Program-made: the position numbers and the translations under genes
The notes under the pieces: generated by a model
Databases searched by the model: none
The model's input: only the letters and a program-made list of their open reading frames with translations
Told to the model about the DNA's origin: nothing
In this document: in pieces, positions 1-11,664 of the stretch
Numbering within the stretch: the first letter of the stretch is position 1
Layout of the letters: each line of letters begins with the position of its first letter
From: Fidelibacterota bacterium
GTDB taxonomy: Bacteria > Fidelibacterota > SORT01
Assembly (NCBI GenBank): GCA_022571215.1
Contig: JACZYG010000009.1
Coordinates: 18,663 to 82,662, forward strand
DNA length: 64,000 bases
Reading direction: 5' to 3'

Positions 1-647
1 AGAGGTATGATCTCTATCACCCGTCTATCCATTAGCCCCCTTAATTTTTCTGACGGCATCATTTCATCTAATGCATCGTAAAGCGGGGTAAGATAAGGGC
101 CGATTTTCTCTCTGAGGTCGCCCGGCAGAAAACCCAACTTTTCGCCAGCCTCTACCGCGGGTCTTGTGAGAATTATCCTGTTTACTTCTTTGTTCTTTAG
201 CGCCGAGACCGCCAAGGCAACCGCCAAATAGGTTTTTCCTGTTCCGGCGGGACCGATGACAATAACTATATCATTCTTTAACGCAGATTGATATAACCGC
301 AGCTGCCCTTCCGAACGAGGTTTCACATAACCGCTTTTAGTGAAGACAATTACCTGATCAAGATCAACGTCATCATCATTGAATGCTCCGGCTTCGTTGT
401 AAGTGATTATCGATTTGACATCCTCCTCGTATAATCCGCCCTTCTTATTCAATTCAATGAGCATCTGAGTCACTACCTTTTTGATATCCTCTATCTCTTT
501 TTCTTCGCCCTTTATCTTAAGCACATCTCCCCGGACAGTTATATTCGATTTAAAATGTTTCTCGATAACTTTTATATTTTTGTCCTCTGAACCGAGGAAT
601 AAGAGCGGGTCTGCCCCTTTAAGTTTAATCTTTGCTTCTTTTATCAA
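1..647 (-). CDS. phoH: PhoH family ATPase (5' part; runs off the window start)
   Basis: Not in the ORF track. Manual translation from TTG at 647 (GGAG upstream) gives IGPAGTGKTYLAV (Walker A) and LTRPAVEAGEKLGFLPGDLREK, both PhoH signatures. Confidence 0.92.
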   Translation of the reverse strand, partial: MIKEAKIKLKGADPLLFLGSEDKNIKVIEKHFKSNITVRGDVLKIKGEEKEIEDIKKVVTQMLIELNKKGGLYEEDVKSIITYNEAGAFNDDDVDLDQVIVFTKSGYVKPRSEGQLRLYQSALKNDIVIVIGPAGTGKTYLAVALAVSALKNKEVNRIILTRPAVEAGEKLGFLPGDLREKIGPYLTPLYDALDEMMPSEKLRGLMDRRVIEIIP

Positions 648-817
648 ATAATATTCTCCATTCTGTAATAGCATATCAAAATATCAAAAACGAGCGAGAT
701 ATACAAGCACGATTGAATCATTGAGATTATAGGTTATCGTAAATTTATTTTGTCAGAACAGCGAACTATTCTATTGAAAAGTCGGTAATTGAAATGCTTT
801 TACATATCAGCGGGTAT

Positions 818-1816
818 TTAGTCTTTCTTCGCTTCTTTTTTCGGAATGATTAATATGGTATGTATAAGAAGAAGGTCGGGACTCTCGAGAATTGATTTAT
901 TCGCTTGATATATTCTCGTCCATTCAAATGGATTGGAATATATCTCCGCGGCTATTTTAGAAAGATTGTCGCCTTTACTCACCCAATACTCGTTAATTGC
1001 CGGTTCTCTCGGGATTACGAACAGTTGATCGATCTCAATAACATCCGGATCGGATATCTGGTCTCTGTTAGCCGAATAAATCTTCAACCATTGAAACGGA
1101 TCGTTGTAAATCTTTTCCTTGGCAGATATATCCCAAAGATTATCGCCTCTGACTACCTGATATGAATCCGCTTTTCGTCTTAACGTCACACTGCGGGGAG
1201 TTTTTCCGTCTGTTATCCCTGCGTACGGTTGAAGCTCTTGCTCATCAGACATCTCGGCTGCCGTTTCATCCATGCTGTCCGAATCTCCCGAAACAAATGC
1301 CTCAGTGTCCTGAGACGGTCCGGCCATCACATTTCTGTAGTTCGATAACATATTTGCAATATCATCAAGCTTCTGACGATTCTGCTCAAAGACAGAATAA
1401 TCGTTTTCGTTCAAATCTTCTAACCTTGATTCGATACCTTCAAGATATTCTACGGAACCTAAAAGCTCCTCCACTGAAAGATCAGCCAATCCTCCTGCAT
1501 CATTTTCAAGATCGGTGAGTCTTTTCACATAGTTTTGAAACTCTTCATCAGAAGCGCTCAAAAGACCGAATATTTCTTTTCGCTCTTTCTCTATTATCCC
1601 TTCTACTCTTGTCAGTTGTTTTTCAAGAGATTCTATTTCCTTATCAATCTTAGAAAGCTCGTCGCCGGCGGACTTCTCTCTCTCTTTCCAGCGTGTAATC
1701 TCGGCTTTGTACTCTTCAGGCGACATCTTAGACGCGTCCTGAGCATATACGGTTGAGAATGAAACAATCGTTCCAATCCCTATTATACCGGCAACAATTA
1801 CTGATTTTATAGTCAT
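818..1816 (-). CDS. Secreted coiled-coil protein with two C-terminal LysM domains
   Basis: Signal peptide (..TVYA-Q), long heptad region, acidic linker, then YQVVRGDNLWDIS..DPDVIEI and YWVSKGDNLSKIA..SPDLL LysM repeats. Confidence 0.85.
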   Translation of the reverse strand: MTIKSVIVAGIIGIGTIVSFSTVYAQDASKMSPEEYKAEITRWKEREKSAGDELSKIDKEIESLEKQLTRVEGIIEKERKEIFGLLSASDEEFQNYVKRLTDLENDAGGLADLSVEELLGSVEYLEGIESRLEDLNENDYSVFEQNRQKLDDIANMLSNYRNVMAGPSQDTEAFVSGDSDSMDETAAEMSDEQELQPYAGITDGKTPRSVTLRRKADSYQVVRGDNLWDISAKEKIYNDPFQWLKIYSANRDQISDPDVIEIDQLFVIPREPAINEYWVSKGDNLSKIAAEIYSNPFEWTRIYQANKSILESPDLLLIHTILIIPKKEAKKD

Positions 1817-1840
1817 TATATATTATCCTCTGATTTCGTT

Positions 1841-2191
1841 TTACCTGCCATCTCCGTTATCTTCACTCTTTGTGTCAATACCGTTTATATCAGCTTCCGT
1901 CTCGTTTTCAATTGGATTTTCGATATCTTTTAGCCTTTTTATCAAAATATCTTTATCCGTAAGAAGCTGATTCAATTCTTTCTTTTTTGCCGTTAGATTT
2001 TCACTAAGCGTTTTTTGGTCGGCTTTTCGTTTCTCTACTTTCTCTTCAGCAGATAAAGCTGCCGTTTTTGTCTCCTCTAACTCCTTAAGCTGCTCCATTG
2101 TCAATTCAGCGCCACCGCCGCACGCAACCGCAAACAACATTGCAGTCAGTGTCAACGCTAACAACCTCCTTGTTCGAACGAAGCTTTTCAT
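1841..2191 (-). CDS. Small coiled-coil lipoprotein
   Basis: Likely start MKSFVRTRR at 2191 (ORF track starts at 2242). Hydrophobic stretch, lipobox AVA-C, then a K/E-rich coiled coil. Confidence 0.7.
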   Translation of the reverse strand: MKSFVRTRRLLALTLTAMLFAVACGGGAELTMEQLKELEETKTAALSAEEKVEKRKADQKTLSENLTAKKKELNQLLTDKDILIKRLKDIENPIENETEADINGIDTKSEDNGDGR

Positions 2192-2334
2192 TCTATGTAT
2201 ATTTTTCACTATTACCTTCGATTTTATGTCATTTATCATCATTTGCCCGTTTTAATTTATATCGTCATATACTTGAAAAACAGGTGGTTAACTGATACTG
2301 TTTTTCATGGCACATGAGATTATACTAACTTCTC

Positions 2335-4113
2335 TTATTTAGGTTCCAGCCTTATCCCCAATTCTTTTAATTGGGCTTCAGAAACCTCTGAAGGTGTTTT
2401 TTCCATCAATGCCGAAGCGCTCGCGGTCTTTGGAAAAGCTATTACGTCGCGGATAGAATCAAGTCGTAACATTGTTGCAACAATCCTGTCAAGCCCGAGA
2501 GCTATCCCACCGTGAGGGGGGGCGCCATAGGATAACGCTCTCAATAAAAATCCGAATTTCTGTTCTGCTTCATCAGCGCCTATCCCGAGCGCCTTGAAAA
2601 CTTTTGATTGAACTTCCTTCGAGTGGATTCGTATGCTCCCTCCACCCAGCTCACTCCCGTTGAATACCAAATCATATGCCCTTGCATATACTTTTGACGG
2701 GTCTGAATCCAAAAAATCCAGATCTTCTTTCTTTGGTGAAGTGAACGGATGATGCATTGCGCTATACCTTTTAGTCTCTTCATCCCACTCGAACATTGGA
2801 AAATCTGTTACCCATAGCGGAGAAAACACATCTTTGTCAATAAGGTTCAGTCGTTTGCCGATCTCTAACCGGATTGCTCCTAAACCTTTTAACGCAACGG
2901 GAGCCATATCTGCGGCAAAGAATATGACATCTCCATCCTTTGCGCTAACATTATCAAGCAGCTCAGATTGCAAATTTTCATCGAAGTGACGACTTACTCC
3001 GCCTGCAAGTTTTCCATCCTCGACTTTCGCCCATGACAGACCTCTTAACCCATAAATTTTGGAGTATTCGACAAGTTCATCAATGACCTTTCTGCTAAAA
3101 GTCCCGTTAGCTTCGGCTACAACCGCTCCGACCATTCCTCCGTTGTTCACAGCATCGTTGAACACTTTAAAATCGGTCTTGTTTGCGATTTCAGTGACGT
3201 CGCTGATTTCCACTCCGAACCGAAGATCGGGTTTGTCTGAACCGAAACGGCGCAAGGCATCGTCATAGGGCATCGTTGGAAATGGCGATGGAAGTTCATA
3301 ATCGATGACTTCCTTAAACAGTGTCCTCATCAACTCTTCAGCCATCTGCTTGACATGAGATTCATCAACGAATGACATTTCGATATCGATTTGTGTATGC
3401 TCCGGCTGCCTGTCGGCTCTAAGGTCTTCATCCCTAAACGCCTTGACAATCTGAAAGTATTTATCAAAGCCTGATACCATCAACAGCTGTTTATAAATTT
3501 GCGGAGACTGAGGCAATGCATAGAATTTTCCCTTGCTTAACCTGCTCGGTACCAAAAAATCTCGAGCGCCCTCAGGAGTGGATTTCGTGAGAACAGGAGT
3601 TTCAATTTCTATAAAACCCTTATCAGACATGAATTTTCGTACCGATTGATAAAACCGGTGGCGTGTAACGATGGCATTTTGCATCTTTTTACGGCGGAGG
3701 TCAAGGTATCTATACTCGAGCCGAAGATCTTCCGATGCCTCAACATTTTCTCTTATTTCAAACGGAGGAGTTTCAGATTCGTTAAGCAATTCTATGTTTT
3801 TCGCGTTGACCTCGATCTCACCGCTGTCAAGATTCGGGTTGACGCTTCCTTCAGGCCGCTCACCGACTCTGCCGCTGATCTTAAGAACGTCTTCGGCTGA
3901 AAGTTTCTCCGCAACGGCAAAGCCGTCATCCGCCATTTGAGGATGGAAAACGATCTGCGTCACGCCATACCTGTCTCTCAGATCAACGAAAATCAGACCG
4001 CCATGGTCCCGACGCTTAGCTACCCAACCCATAAGAGTAACTTCACTTCCGGAATCACTTTTACGCAACTCCCCTAAAAAGTGCGTGCGTAATCCTTTAT
4101 AATGTTCTTTCAC
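2335..4113 (-). CDS. aspS: Aspartate--tRNA ligase (probably non-discriminating)
   Basis: RRDHGGLIFVDLRDRYG OB fold, STPEGARDF, FRDEDLRADRQPE, GAPPHGGIALGLDR. Confidence 0.98.
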   Translation of the reverse strand: MKEHYKGLRTHFLGELRKSDSGSEVTLMGWVAKRRDHGGLIFVDLRDRYGVTQIVFHPQMADDGFAVAEKLSAEDVLKISGRVGERPEGSVNPNLDSGEIEVNAKNIELLNESETPPFEIRENVEASEDLRLEYRYLDLRRKKMQNAIVTRHRFYQSVRKFMSDKGFIEIETPVLTKSTPEGARDFLVPSRLSKGKFYALPQSPQIYKQLLMVSGFDKYFQIVKAFRDEDLRADRQPEHTQIDIEMSFVDESHVKQMAEELMRTLFKEVIDYELPSPFPTMPYDDALRRFGSDKPDLRFGVEISDVTEIANKTDFKVFNDAVNNGGMVGAVVAEANGTFSRKVIDELVEYSKIYGLRGLSWAKVEDGKLAGGVSRHFDENLQSELLDNVSAKDGDVIFFAADMAPVALKGLGAIRLEIGKRLNLIDKDVFSPLWVTDFPMFEWDEETKRYSAMHHPFTSPKKEDLDFLDSDPSKVYARAYDLVFNGSELGGGSIRIHSKEVQSKVFKALGIGADEAEQKFGFLLRALSYGAPPHGGIALGLDRIVATMLRLDSIRDVIAFPKTASASALMEKTPSEVSEAQLKELGIRLEPK

Positions 4114-4196
4114 TTAATCTTAATGACCAATTTTCATATAGTTGTTTAATATACAGAATTGAGCTGAGATATTCTACTTGATAGAAATACCGACTT

Positions 4197-4601
4197 TTAT
4201 TTCCTATTCGCTATCCTTAACCTGTTCTTTGCTCTTCTTACCGCTGCTACTGCTCTGTCCCGGTTCAGATTCTCCGGATGGTCGCTTAGCATTTTTTGAG
4301 CTCTTTCAAGCGCTGCCTGAGCTCTTTCTAAATCAATATCCTCCGGCAGCTCGGCAGTCTCAACTAATAAGAGAATTCGTTCCCGCTGAATTTCGCAATA
4401 ACCATCGCTTATCGCTAATAATTGCTGACGATCACCGCTCTCGATCTTGACTTCCCCCGGTTTCAGAGCGATAATAGCCGGAATGTGTCTCGCTAATATC
4501 CCGAAACTACCGTCTAACCCCGGCGCCCGGACATGACGCACATCATTAAAAGTTCTTGACGATGTTGGAGTTACTACTTCTACATTGAAGTTTTCAGCCA
4601 A
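4197..4601 (-). CDS. atpC: ATP synthase F1 epsilon
   Basis: VVTP..APGLDGSFGILARH, C-terminal helical hairpin, position after atpD. Confidence 0.96.
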   Translation of the reverse strand: MAENFNVEVVTPTSSRTFNDVRHVRAPGLDGSFGILARHIPAIIALKPGEVKIESGDRQQLLAISDGYCEIQRERILLLVETAELPEDIDLERAQAALERAQKMLSDHPENLNRDRAVAAVRRAKNRLRIANRK

Positions 4602-4603
4602 TT

Positions 4604-6022
<1,419 letters not shown>

Positions 6023-6036
6023 TCATTATATAAAAA

Positions 6037-6951
6037 TCAATCTTTGAGAGCCTCCGCTCCACCTACAATATCAAGCAGGTCCCTCGTTATTGACGATTGT
6101 CTCGCTTTATTGTAAAACAACTGAAGTTCATCTATCATTTCATTGGCGGATTCGGTTGCGTTTTCCATAGCGGTCATCCTCGCGCCCTGTTCTGATGCCA
6201 TCGATTCAAGAAGTATCCGCCACATTTGAACAACTAAATACTTGGGGACTATGGCATTCACTACCTCCTCAACAGAGGGTTCGAAGAGCATATCGCCGAA
6301 TATTTCGGCACTTACTTCTTCTTTTTCTATTTCTTTCTCACTCTCTACTCCGGGCATAAAATCGTCTCGTGGATCGCCGCTTTTCAGCGGTAAAAATCGT
6401 TCAGCGATCAAATCCTGCTTCACTGCCGATTTGAATTCATGATATACAACATCAACCCTGTCAAGATCATGGGAGAGGTATTGAGTTTTTATCGTATCAG
6501 TTATATCAACCGCATGCTCAAATCGGAGCTTTTTGGAAAAATCGGTATATTCGGCGAGCAAATCGTAATCTCTCCTCTTGAAAAAGTCTCTCGCTTTCCT
6601 TCCTACAGCTATAACGCTCGTGTTATCCTTGCCGTACGAGTCGATGATACCGACAGCTCTATTCAAAATATTTGTATTGAATGAACCGCATAAACCTCTG
6701 TCCGAAGTAACCACAACCACGCAATATTTAGACGGTTCCCGAACGGCTAAAAGAGGATTTATATCAGTCTCAATTTTCGGCATACAATTGTTCAGGAGGT
6801 CTTTTATCTTGAACGCATATGGTCTCGCTTGAATTATTGCCTCCTGCGCGCGACGCAGCTTTACGGTTGCCACCATCTTCATGGCACGGGTAACCTGCTC
6901 GATCCCCCTAACCGACGACATCCTCGACTTTATTTCTTTTAGAGTTGCCAC
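6037..6951 (-). CDS. atpG: ATP synthase F1 gamma
   Basis: VTRAMKMVA, SDRGLCGSFN, ASEQGARMTAM, NKARQSSIT. GTG start overlaps the atpA stop by 1 nt. Confidence 0.98.
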   Translation of the reverse strand: MATLKEIKSRMSSVRGIEQVTRAMKMVATVKLRRAQEAIIQARPYAFKIKDLLNNCMPKIETDINPLLAVREPSKYCVVVVTSDRGLCGSFNTNILNRAVGIIDSYGKDNTSVIAVGRKARDFFKRRDYDLLAEYTDFSKKLRFEHAVDITDTIKTQYLSHDLDRVDVVYHEFKSAVKQDLIAERFLPLKSGDPRDDFMPGVESEKEIEKEEVSAEIFGDMLFEPSVEEVVNAIVPKYLVVQMWRILLESMASEQGARMTAMENATESANEMIDELQLFYNKARQSSITRDLLDIVGGAEALKD

Positions 6952-8468
6952 TAAGCCTCTTTCAACTTGAATGATTCAACGAAACTCTGAACAGCCTTTT
7001 TCAACTCCTCATTCAAATCATCGGACAAAACCTTTTCGGAGTCTATTGTTCTAAGTATTTTCGAATGTTCCTGCTCCATATAGTCATCGAACTCTACCGC
7101 GAATTGAACGATCTTCTCGGTTGGAATTTCATCTAAATGACCGTTTGTTCCTGCGTATATCAATGCAATTTGATTACCGAACTTCATCGGTTTAAATTGA
7201 TTCTGCTTCAGGATTTCGACTAACCGCTCCCCCCTCGTTAGCTGCGCAAGGGTAGCTTTGTCGAGGTCGGAACCGAACTTTGCGAATCCCGCTATTTCCC
7301 TGTATTGGGCAAGATCTATCTTTAGAGATCCCGCTACCTGTTTCATCGCTTTTATCTGGGCGTTCGAACCTACTCGCGATACCGAGATACCCACGTTGAT
7401 AGCCGGCCTTATACCCGAATGGAAAAGATCGGTTTCCAAAAATATTTGACCGTCCGTAATGGAAATCACGTTGGTAGGTATATAAGCTGAAACGTCGCTT
7501 AGCTGCGTCTCTATTATCGGAAGAGCCGTAAGGGAGCCGCCGCCGAGCTTATCGCTCAACTTTGCAGCTCTTTCAAGGAGTCTTGAGTGAAGATAGAATA
7601 CGTCTCCGGGATATGCTTCTCGACCCGGGGGACGTCTCAATAACAAAGAGACCTGTCTGTATGCCCATGCGTGCTTGGAGAGATCATCATATACTACAAG
7701 AGCGTGTTCTCCCTTATCTCTGAAATACTCTCCTATAGCCGCCCCCGCATACGGAGCGATGAACTGCATAGGCGCGGGATCGTTCGCATTTGCCGCGACT
7801 ACTACGGTATAATCCATGGCGCCGCGGTCTTCAAGCGTTTGGATAACTGTTGCAACCGTAGATGCCTTCTGTCCGATAGCGACATATATGCACTTCACGT
7901 CCCCGCCCTTTTGATTGATGATAGTATCGATCGCAATGGCGGTCTTCCCGGTTTGTCTGTCGCCGATGATCAACTCTCTTTGACCTCTGCCTATCGGGAT
8001 CATCGAGTCTATAGCCTTTATCCCTGTCGCCAAGGGTTCAGTGACCGGTTGACGGTCAATTACGCCGAGAGCTTTCTTTTCTATAGTGTAAGTTTCAGCG
8101 GCGTTTATCTTTCCCTTGCCGTCAAGCGGATGACCGATCGGATTTACTACCCTTCCTAACATCTCTTCCCCAACGCCTATCTCTACGATCCTTCCGGTTC
8201 TCTTAGCCGTATCGCCTTCTTTAATTCCCCTATCGTCGCCGAAGAGGATAATACCAACGTTATCCCTCTCAAGATTGAGCGCCATACCGAAAACACCGCC
8301 CGGAAACTCTATAAGTTCCGATGCCATTGCTTTTTCAAGCCCTACCACTCTGGCAATACCGTCCCCCACCATTATCACTTCGCCAACTTCTTCAACATCA
8401 ATTGTTACCTTGAAACCTTCTATTTGCTTTTTGAGCAGAGAAGTTATTTCGTCGGTTTTTATAGCCAT
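6951..8468 (-). CDS. atpA: ATP synthase F1 alpha
   Basis: [32 protein letters not shown]. Confidence 0.99.
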   Translation of the reverse strand: MAIKTDEITSLLKKQIEGFKVTIDVEEVGEVIMVGDGIARVVGLEKAMASELIEFPGGVFGMALNLERDNVGIILFGDDRGIKEGDTAKRTGRIVEIGVGEEMLGRVVNPIGHPLDGKGKINAAETYTIEKKALGVIDRQPVTEPLATGIKAIDSMIPIGRGQRELIIGDRQTGKTAIAIDTIINQKGGDVKCIYVAIGQKASTVATVIQTLEDRGAMDYTVVVAANANDPAPMQFIAPYAGAAIGEYFRDKGEHALVVYDDLSKHAWAYRQVSLLLRRPPGREAYPGDVFYLHSRLLERAAKLSDKLGGGSLTALPIIETQLSDVSAYIPTNVISITDGQIFLETDLFHSGIRPAINVGISVSRVGSNAQIKAMKQVAGSLKIDLAQYREIAGFAKFGSDLDKATLAQLTRGERLVEILKQNQFKPMKFGNQIALIYAGTNGHLDEIPTEKIVQFAVEFDDYMEQEHSKILRTIDSEKVLSDDLNEELKKAVQSFVESFKLKEA

Positions 8469-8488
8469 TATTACTCCTAAATTATCAC

Positions 8489-9025
8489 TCAGCTCAAAAG
8501 AGTCTGCCGCAATCGCGTGAGACTTCCTCGAACAGAACCGTCAATGACGGTGTTCCCAATCCTTAACTTTATCCCGCCGATGATAGACGGGTCCACTGTG
8601 GATTCAATTATAACATCCTTATCAAAAGACTTCTCCAATGCTTTTTTCACATTGGCGGTCAACTCTTCTGATAATTTTTCATGCGTAACTGCAGTCACGA
8701 ACAGTTGATTTTTCGACTCCATAGCCTTCAGATTATAGCTGTCGGATATATCGGAAATCAAATCTTGTCTTTTATTTTCAATCAATGTTTTCATAAATTT
8801 TGACAAAAGATCGGTAAAATCATCTCCGAAAACAGCGCCAAGAGCTTTTATCTTCTGCGGAATCTCTATCTTAAAAGAAAACAGGAATGACCTGAACTCG
8901 GGAATCACTTTATAAGATTCTTTTAAAAGCTTCAAGCCATTTCCGGTTTTGTCCACTTCATTTTTCTCTTTCGCAAGCCCGAACAATACCGAAGAATATT
9001 TTCTTGCCGCGGTCAGATCTTTCAA
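8489..9025 (-). CDS. atpH: ATP synthase delta
   Basis: AARKYS N-terminus, [14 protein letters not shown]-terminus, operon position. Confidence 0.95.
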   Translation of the reverse strand: MKDLTAARKYSSVLFGLAKEKNEVDKTGNGLKLLKESYKVIPEFRSFLFSFKIEIPQKIKALGAVFGDDFTDLLSKFMKTLIENKRQDLISDISDSYNLKAMESKNQLFVTAVTHEKLSEELTANVKKALEKSFDKDVIIESTVDPSIIGGIKLRIGNTVIDGSVRGSLTRLRQTLLS

Positions 9026-9522
9026 TCTTTCTTATCCATGCTCTGCATCGTTTCTTCTATAAGGCTGATATGATCATCAGCATTCAGATTCCGTTTCAGC
9101 ATTTTCTCCGCCGCTGAAATGGAAATGTCCACGACCAACTGTTTTATCTGATTAATCGCGTCTGCCCGCTCAGAATCAATCTCTTTCTTGGCTTTCTCCA
9201 CTAATGACGCAGATTTTTTTCCGGCTTCCTCCAAGATATCCGCCTTTACTTTTTCTGCGGATTCTTTTCCTGCGGCGACTATCTGGCGAACTTCCTCTCT
9301 CGCCTCGGCAAGTTTCTTGTTATATTCCTTCATCGCGTCTTCAGATTTCCTTTGAGTCTCTTCCGCCTTTTTAACGGCATCATTTATCATCGTTTCTCTG
9401 CGATCAAGATTTTCTATAAGCGGTCCCCAAAGAAATTTCTTCATTAAGAGCAGAAGAAGCAAAAATGTGATGGCAGACCAAAAAACGAGTCCTGTACTTA
9501 CATCTAATAGTGTAAATTCCAT
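9022..9522 (-). CDS. atpF: ATP synthase Fo subunit b
   Basis: N-terminal TM (GLVFWSAITF..KFLWGPL) followed by a long coiled coil. Confidence 0.96.
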   Translation of the reverse strand: MEFTLLDVSTGLVFWSAITFLLLLLLMKKFLWGPLIENLDRRETMINDAVKKAEETQRKSEDAMKEYNKKLAEAREEVRQIVAAGKESAEKVKADILEEAGKKSASLVEKAKKEIDSERADAINQIKQLVVDISISAAEKMLKRNLNADDHISLIEETMQSMDKKD

Positions 9523-9533
9523 TTCCGGTTCGC

Positions 9534-9770
9534 TTATTCTCCTGTGAGAACTATGAGTAGTACGGTTACTATGATTGAAAAGAACGCAACGCCTTCGATA
9601 AGAGCGGCGGCTACGATCATAGCGCCTCTGATATCTGCGGCTGCTTCAGGCTGTCTTCCGATGCTCTCCATCGCACTGCTGCCGATCTTTCCAATTCCGA
9701 GGGCGGTTCCTATTGTGATCAATCCTGCGCCGATACCCGCTGCTAACCACGCTAACGCCTGTGATTCCAT
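9534..9770 (-). CDS. atpE: ATP synthase Fo subunit c
   Basis: Gly-rich helix, RQPEA loop, conserved Glu in ALIEG. Confidence 0.97.
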   Translation of the reverse strand: MESQALAWLAAGIGAGLITIGTALGIGKIGSSAMESIGRQPEAAADIRGAMIVAAALIEGVAFFSIIVTVLLIVLTGE

Positions 9771-9803
9771 ATTATTTTCTCCTTGATTTATATTTTTTAA
9801 TTT

Positions 9804-10607
9804 TCAATGTTCCGGATGTAAACTCATTCCGACAAATATTGCCGAAAGATATGTAAACACGTATGTCTGAATCAAAACTATCAATATTTCAAGCACGCTC
9901 ATTGCCAAATTAGTTACTATGGTGAATGGAGCCAACAGCCAACTCTGCAAAATATAAATCAAGCCGAACAGAGTCAGTATGACTATATGCCCGGCTATCA
10001 TGTTCGCGAATAACCGGATGGCAAGCGCAAACGATTTTGTAAATAAGCCGAGAACTTCAGCCAAAACAATTATCGGCAGTATGAATCCCGGTACATCGGG
10101 TGGCACAAAAGATTTTAAGAATCCGCCGAATCCGTTTTTTCTTATGCCCCCAAAAATGATAGTCAGAAATGTCATGCCCGCAAGCATTCCCGTCACGCTC
10201 AAACTACCGGTTGGGTTAGCAAGAAATGGAATCATTCCGATAGCGTTATTCATAAGTACGAAGAAGAAGAAGGTGCAAAACAGAGGCATGAATCCCTTCC
10301 AGTCTTCCCGTAAATTCGGTTTTACTATATCATCACGAATGAATTGTACAATTGCTTCAAGTGCCTGCGCCAATCTCCCCCGGGGAACCAATCTAAGATT
10401 ATTTCTCACACTAAACGTAATCCCCAAAAGAATCGCCGAGGATATCCACATAAATATAGTAAGTTTGGTTATAGACAGGTCAAATCCGTATAGATTCAGC
10501 TCTATCCAAACTTGATCGCTTACTTCGTGAAAGATTTCCCCAATAACGTGAATCGGCTCAATGTCTTCTAAACTGTGGACCTTTTTTGATCCTTCAGATA
10601 ACAACAT
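9804..10607 (-). CDS. atpB: ATP synthase Fo subunit a
   Basis: ALAIRLFANMIAGH with the essential Arg; IQTYVFTYLS. Confidence 0.97.
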   Translation of the reverse strand: MLLSEGSKKVHSLEDIEPIHVIGEIFHEVSDQVWIELNLYGFDLSITKLTIFMWISSAILLGITFSVRNNLRLVPRGRLAQALEAIVQFIRDDIVKPNLREDWKGFMPLFCTFFFFVLMNNAIGMIPFLANPTGSLSVTGMLAGMTFLTIIFGGIRKNGFGGFLKSFVPPDVPGFILPIIVLAEVLGLFTKSFALAIRLFANMIAGHIVILTLFGLIYILQSWLLAPFTIVTNLAMSVLEILIVLIQTYVFTYLSAIFVGMSLHPEH

Positions 10608-10991
10608 CTATGTCTTCTTAATGTTCCTATTTTCAATCTTCATCATATACAGAACCTCAAAGATAAATAGGAAAAAATAAATTGCAACCAGAATTATCAA
10701 AAAATATCGAATATTTATATTTGCGTACTGATTTAAAATCAAATAAACGCCTAAAAAGATAGCGACTTTGCTTCCGAGACTGAATGAAACACCTTTTAAC
10801 ACCTGAGTATTGTCTCCCTGAGCTCCCCATTTTTTAAAAAAATGACTCGCCTCCATCATACTGAATGCCGTCAGCGCCGCGAATAGGAGAGTTTGTCCGT
10901 CCACTTCGATGAAATTAGAAAAAACGATGTAGATCAATAAAGCTGCAAAAACCGTTATGATCGATCCTAACAGATGAAAATTATTTTTCAA
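10608..10991 (-). CDS. atpI: AtpI-like 4-TM membrane protein
   Basis: Four hydrophobic helices; directly upstream of atpB. Confidence 0.65.
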   Translation of the reverse strand: MKNNFHLLGSIITVFAALLIYIVFSNFIEVDGQTLLFAALTAFSMMEASHFFKKWGAQGDNTQVLKGVSFSLGSKVAIFLGVYLILNQYANINIRYFLIILVAIYFFLFIFEVLYMMKIENRNIKKT

Positions 10992-11017
10992 GTGACGTCT
11001 CAGCCTTTATCGGGTTA

Positions 11018-11230
11018 TTATTTTTGACGATAAAGTTTTCTCATGAAATATACAAATGAAATAGAGGCAAAGAGTATACCGATGAGCAAAAATAGAGGCA
11101 AGGTTGAAAACTTCTTGTCTAACCAATAACCTCCGAGCATATAAAATGCGAACGAAACTGCCACTTGTAAACCGAATGAGTAATTCTGATTGTTGAACCT
11201 TGTTTCTTTTTTATCACCAGGTTTTGACAT
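11018..11230 (-). CDS. AtpZ/AtpI family (ATPase gene 1) small membrane protein
   Basis: GYWLDKKFSTLPLFLLIG motif, 2 TM, head of the atp genes. Confidence 0.85.
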   Translation of the reverse strand: MSKPGDKKETRFNNQNYSFGLQVAVSFAFYMLGGYWLDKKFSTLPLFLLIGILFASISFVYFMRKLYRQK

Positions 11231-11235
11231 ACCGG

Positions 11236-11649
11236 TCAGCTCGGATTGACATCGAGCTCATCTTCTGTTTTTTCGCTATCATCTTTCAATTCTTCATCTG
11301 CATTCTTGTCGAGCATGACGCATCTTCCTTCGAATATGGCGCCCTCTTCAATTTTAAGTCGAGCGGTTTTCAGATCACCCTTCAAACGCGAGTGCGCGCC
11401 GAGCACCGTGCTATCTATAACATCCAAATTTCCCTCGATAATTCCTCCGAGTTTAGCTGAATGTGCCTTAACATTTCCCTTGATTACTCCTGACCTGCCT
11501 ACTCTGATAGTCCGTTGGGTGGTAACATCTCCGGTGACAGTACCGTTAATGAGGATACTGTTTTCTCCAACTATATCCCCTTCGATGACTGTGCCTTCGC
11601 CAACCAAAGTTTCTATTCGGTCGATTGTCTTAGCGTTAAATCCCTTCAT
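11236..11649 (-). CDS. Bactofilin (polymer-forming cytoskeletal protein)
   Basis: TLVGEGTVIEGDI..INGTVTGDV..LKIEEGAIFEGRC beta-helix repeats. Confidence 0.93.
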   Translation of the reverse strand: MKGFNAKTIDRIETLVGEGTVIEGDIVGENSILINGTVTGDVTTQRTIRVGRSGVIKGNVKAHSAKLGGIIEGNLDVIDSTVLGAHSRLKGDLKTARLKIEEGAIFEGRCVMLDKNADEELKDDSEKTEDELDVNPS

Positions 11650-11664
11650 ACTGTTTTTATTTCC

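Noticed and set aside
9534-9770. Na+-coupled ATP synthase
   Set aside because: The c subunit has EG rather than ES/ET and lacks the Gln of the Na+ motif, so it looks like an ordinary H+ type.
9979-10515. Long antisense ORFs (also 7671-8159, 11246-11695, 15884-16519, 50573-51025, 56437-56874, 62331-62804)
   Set aside because: They lie opposite well-supported genes and have no recognisable motifs; these are codon-bias shadows.
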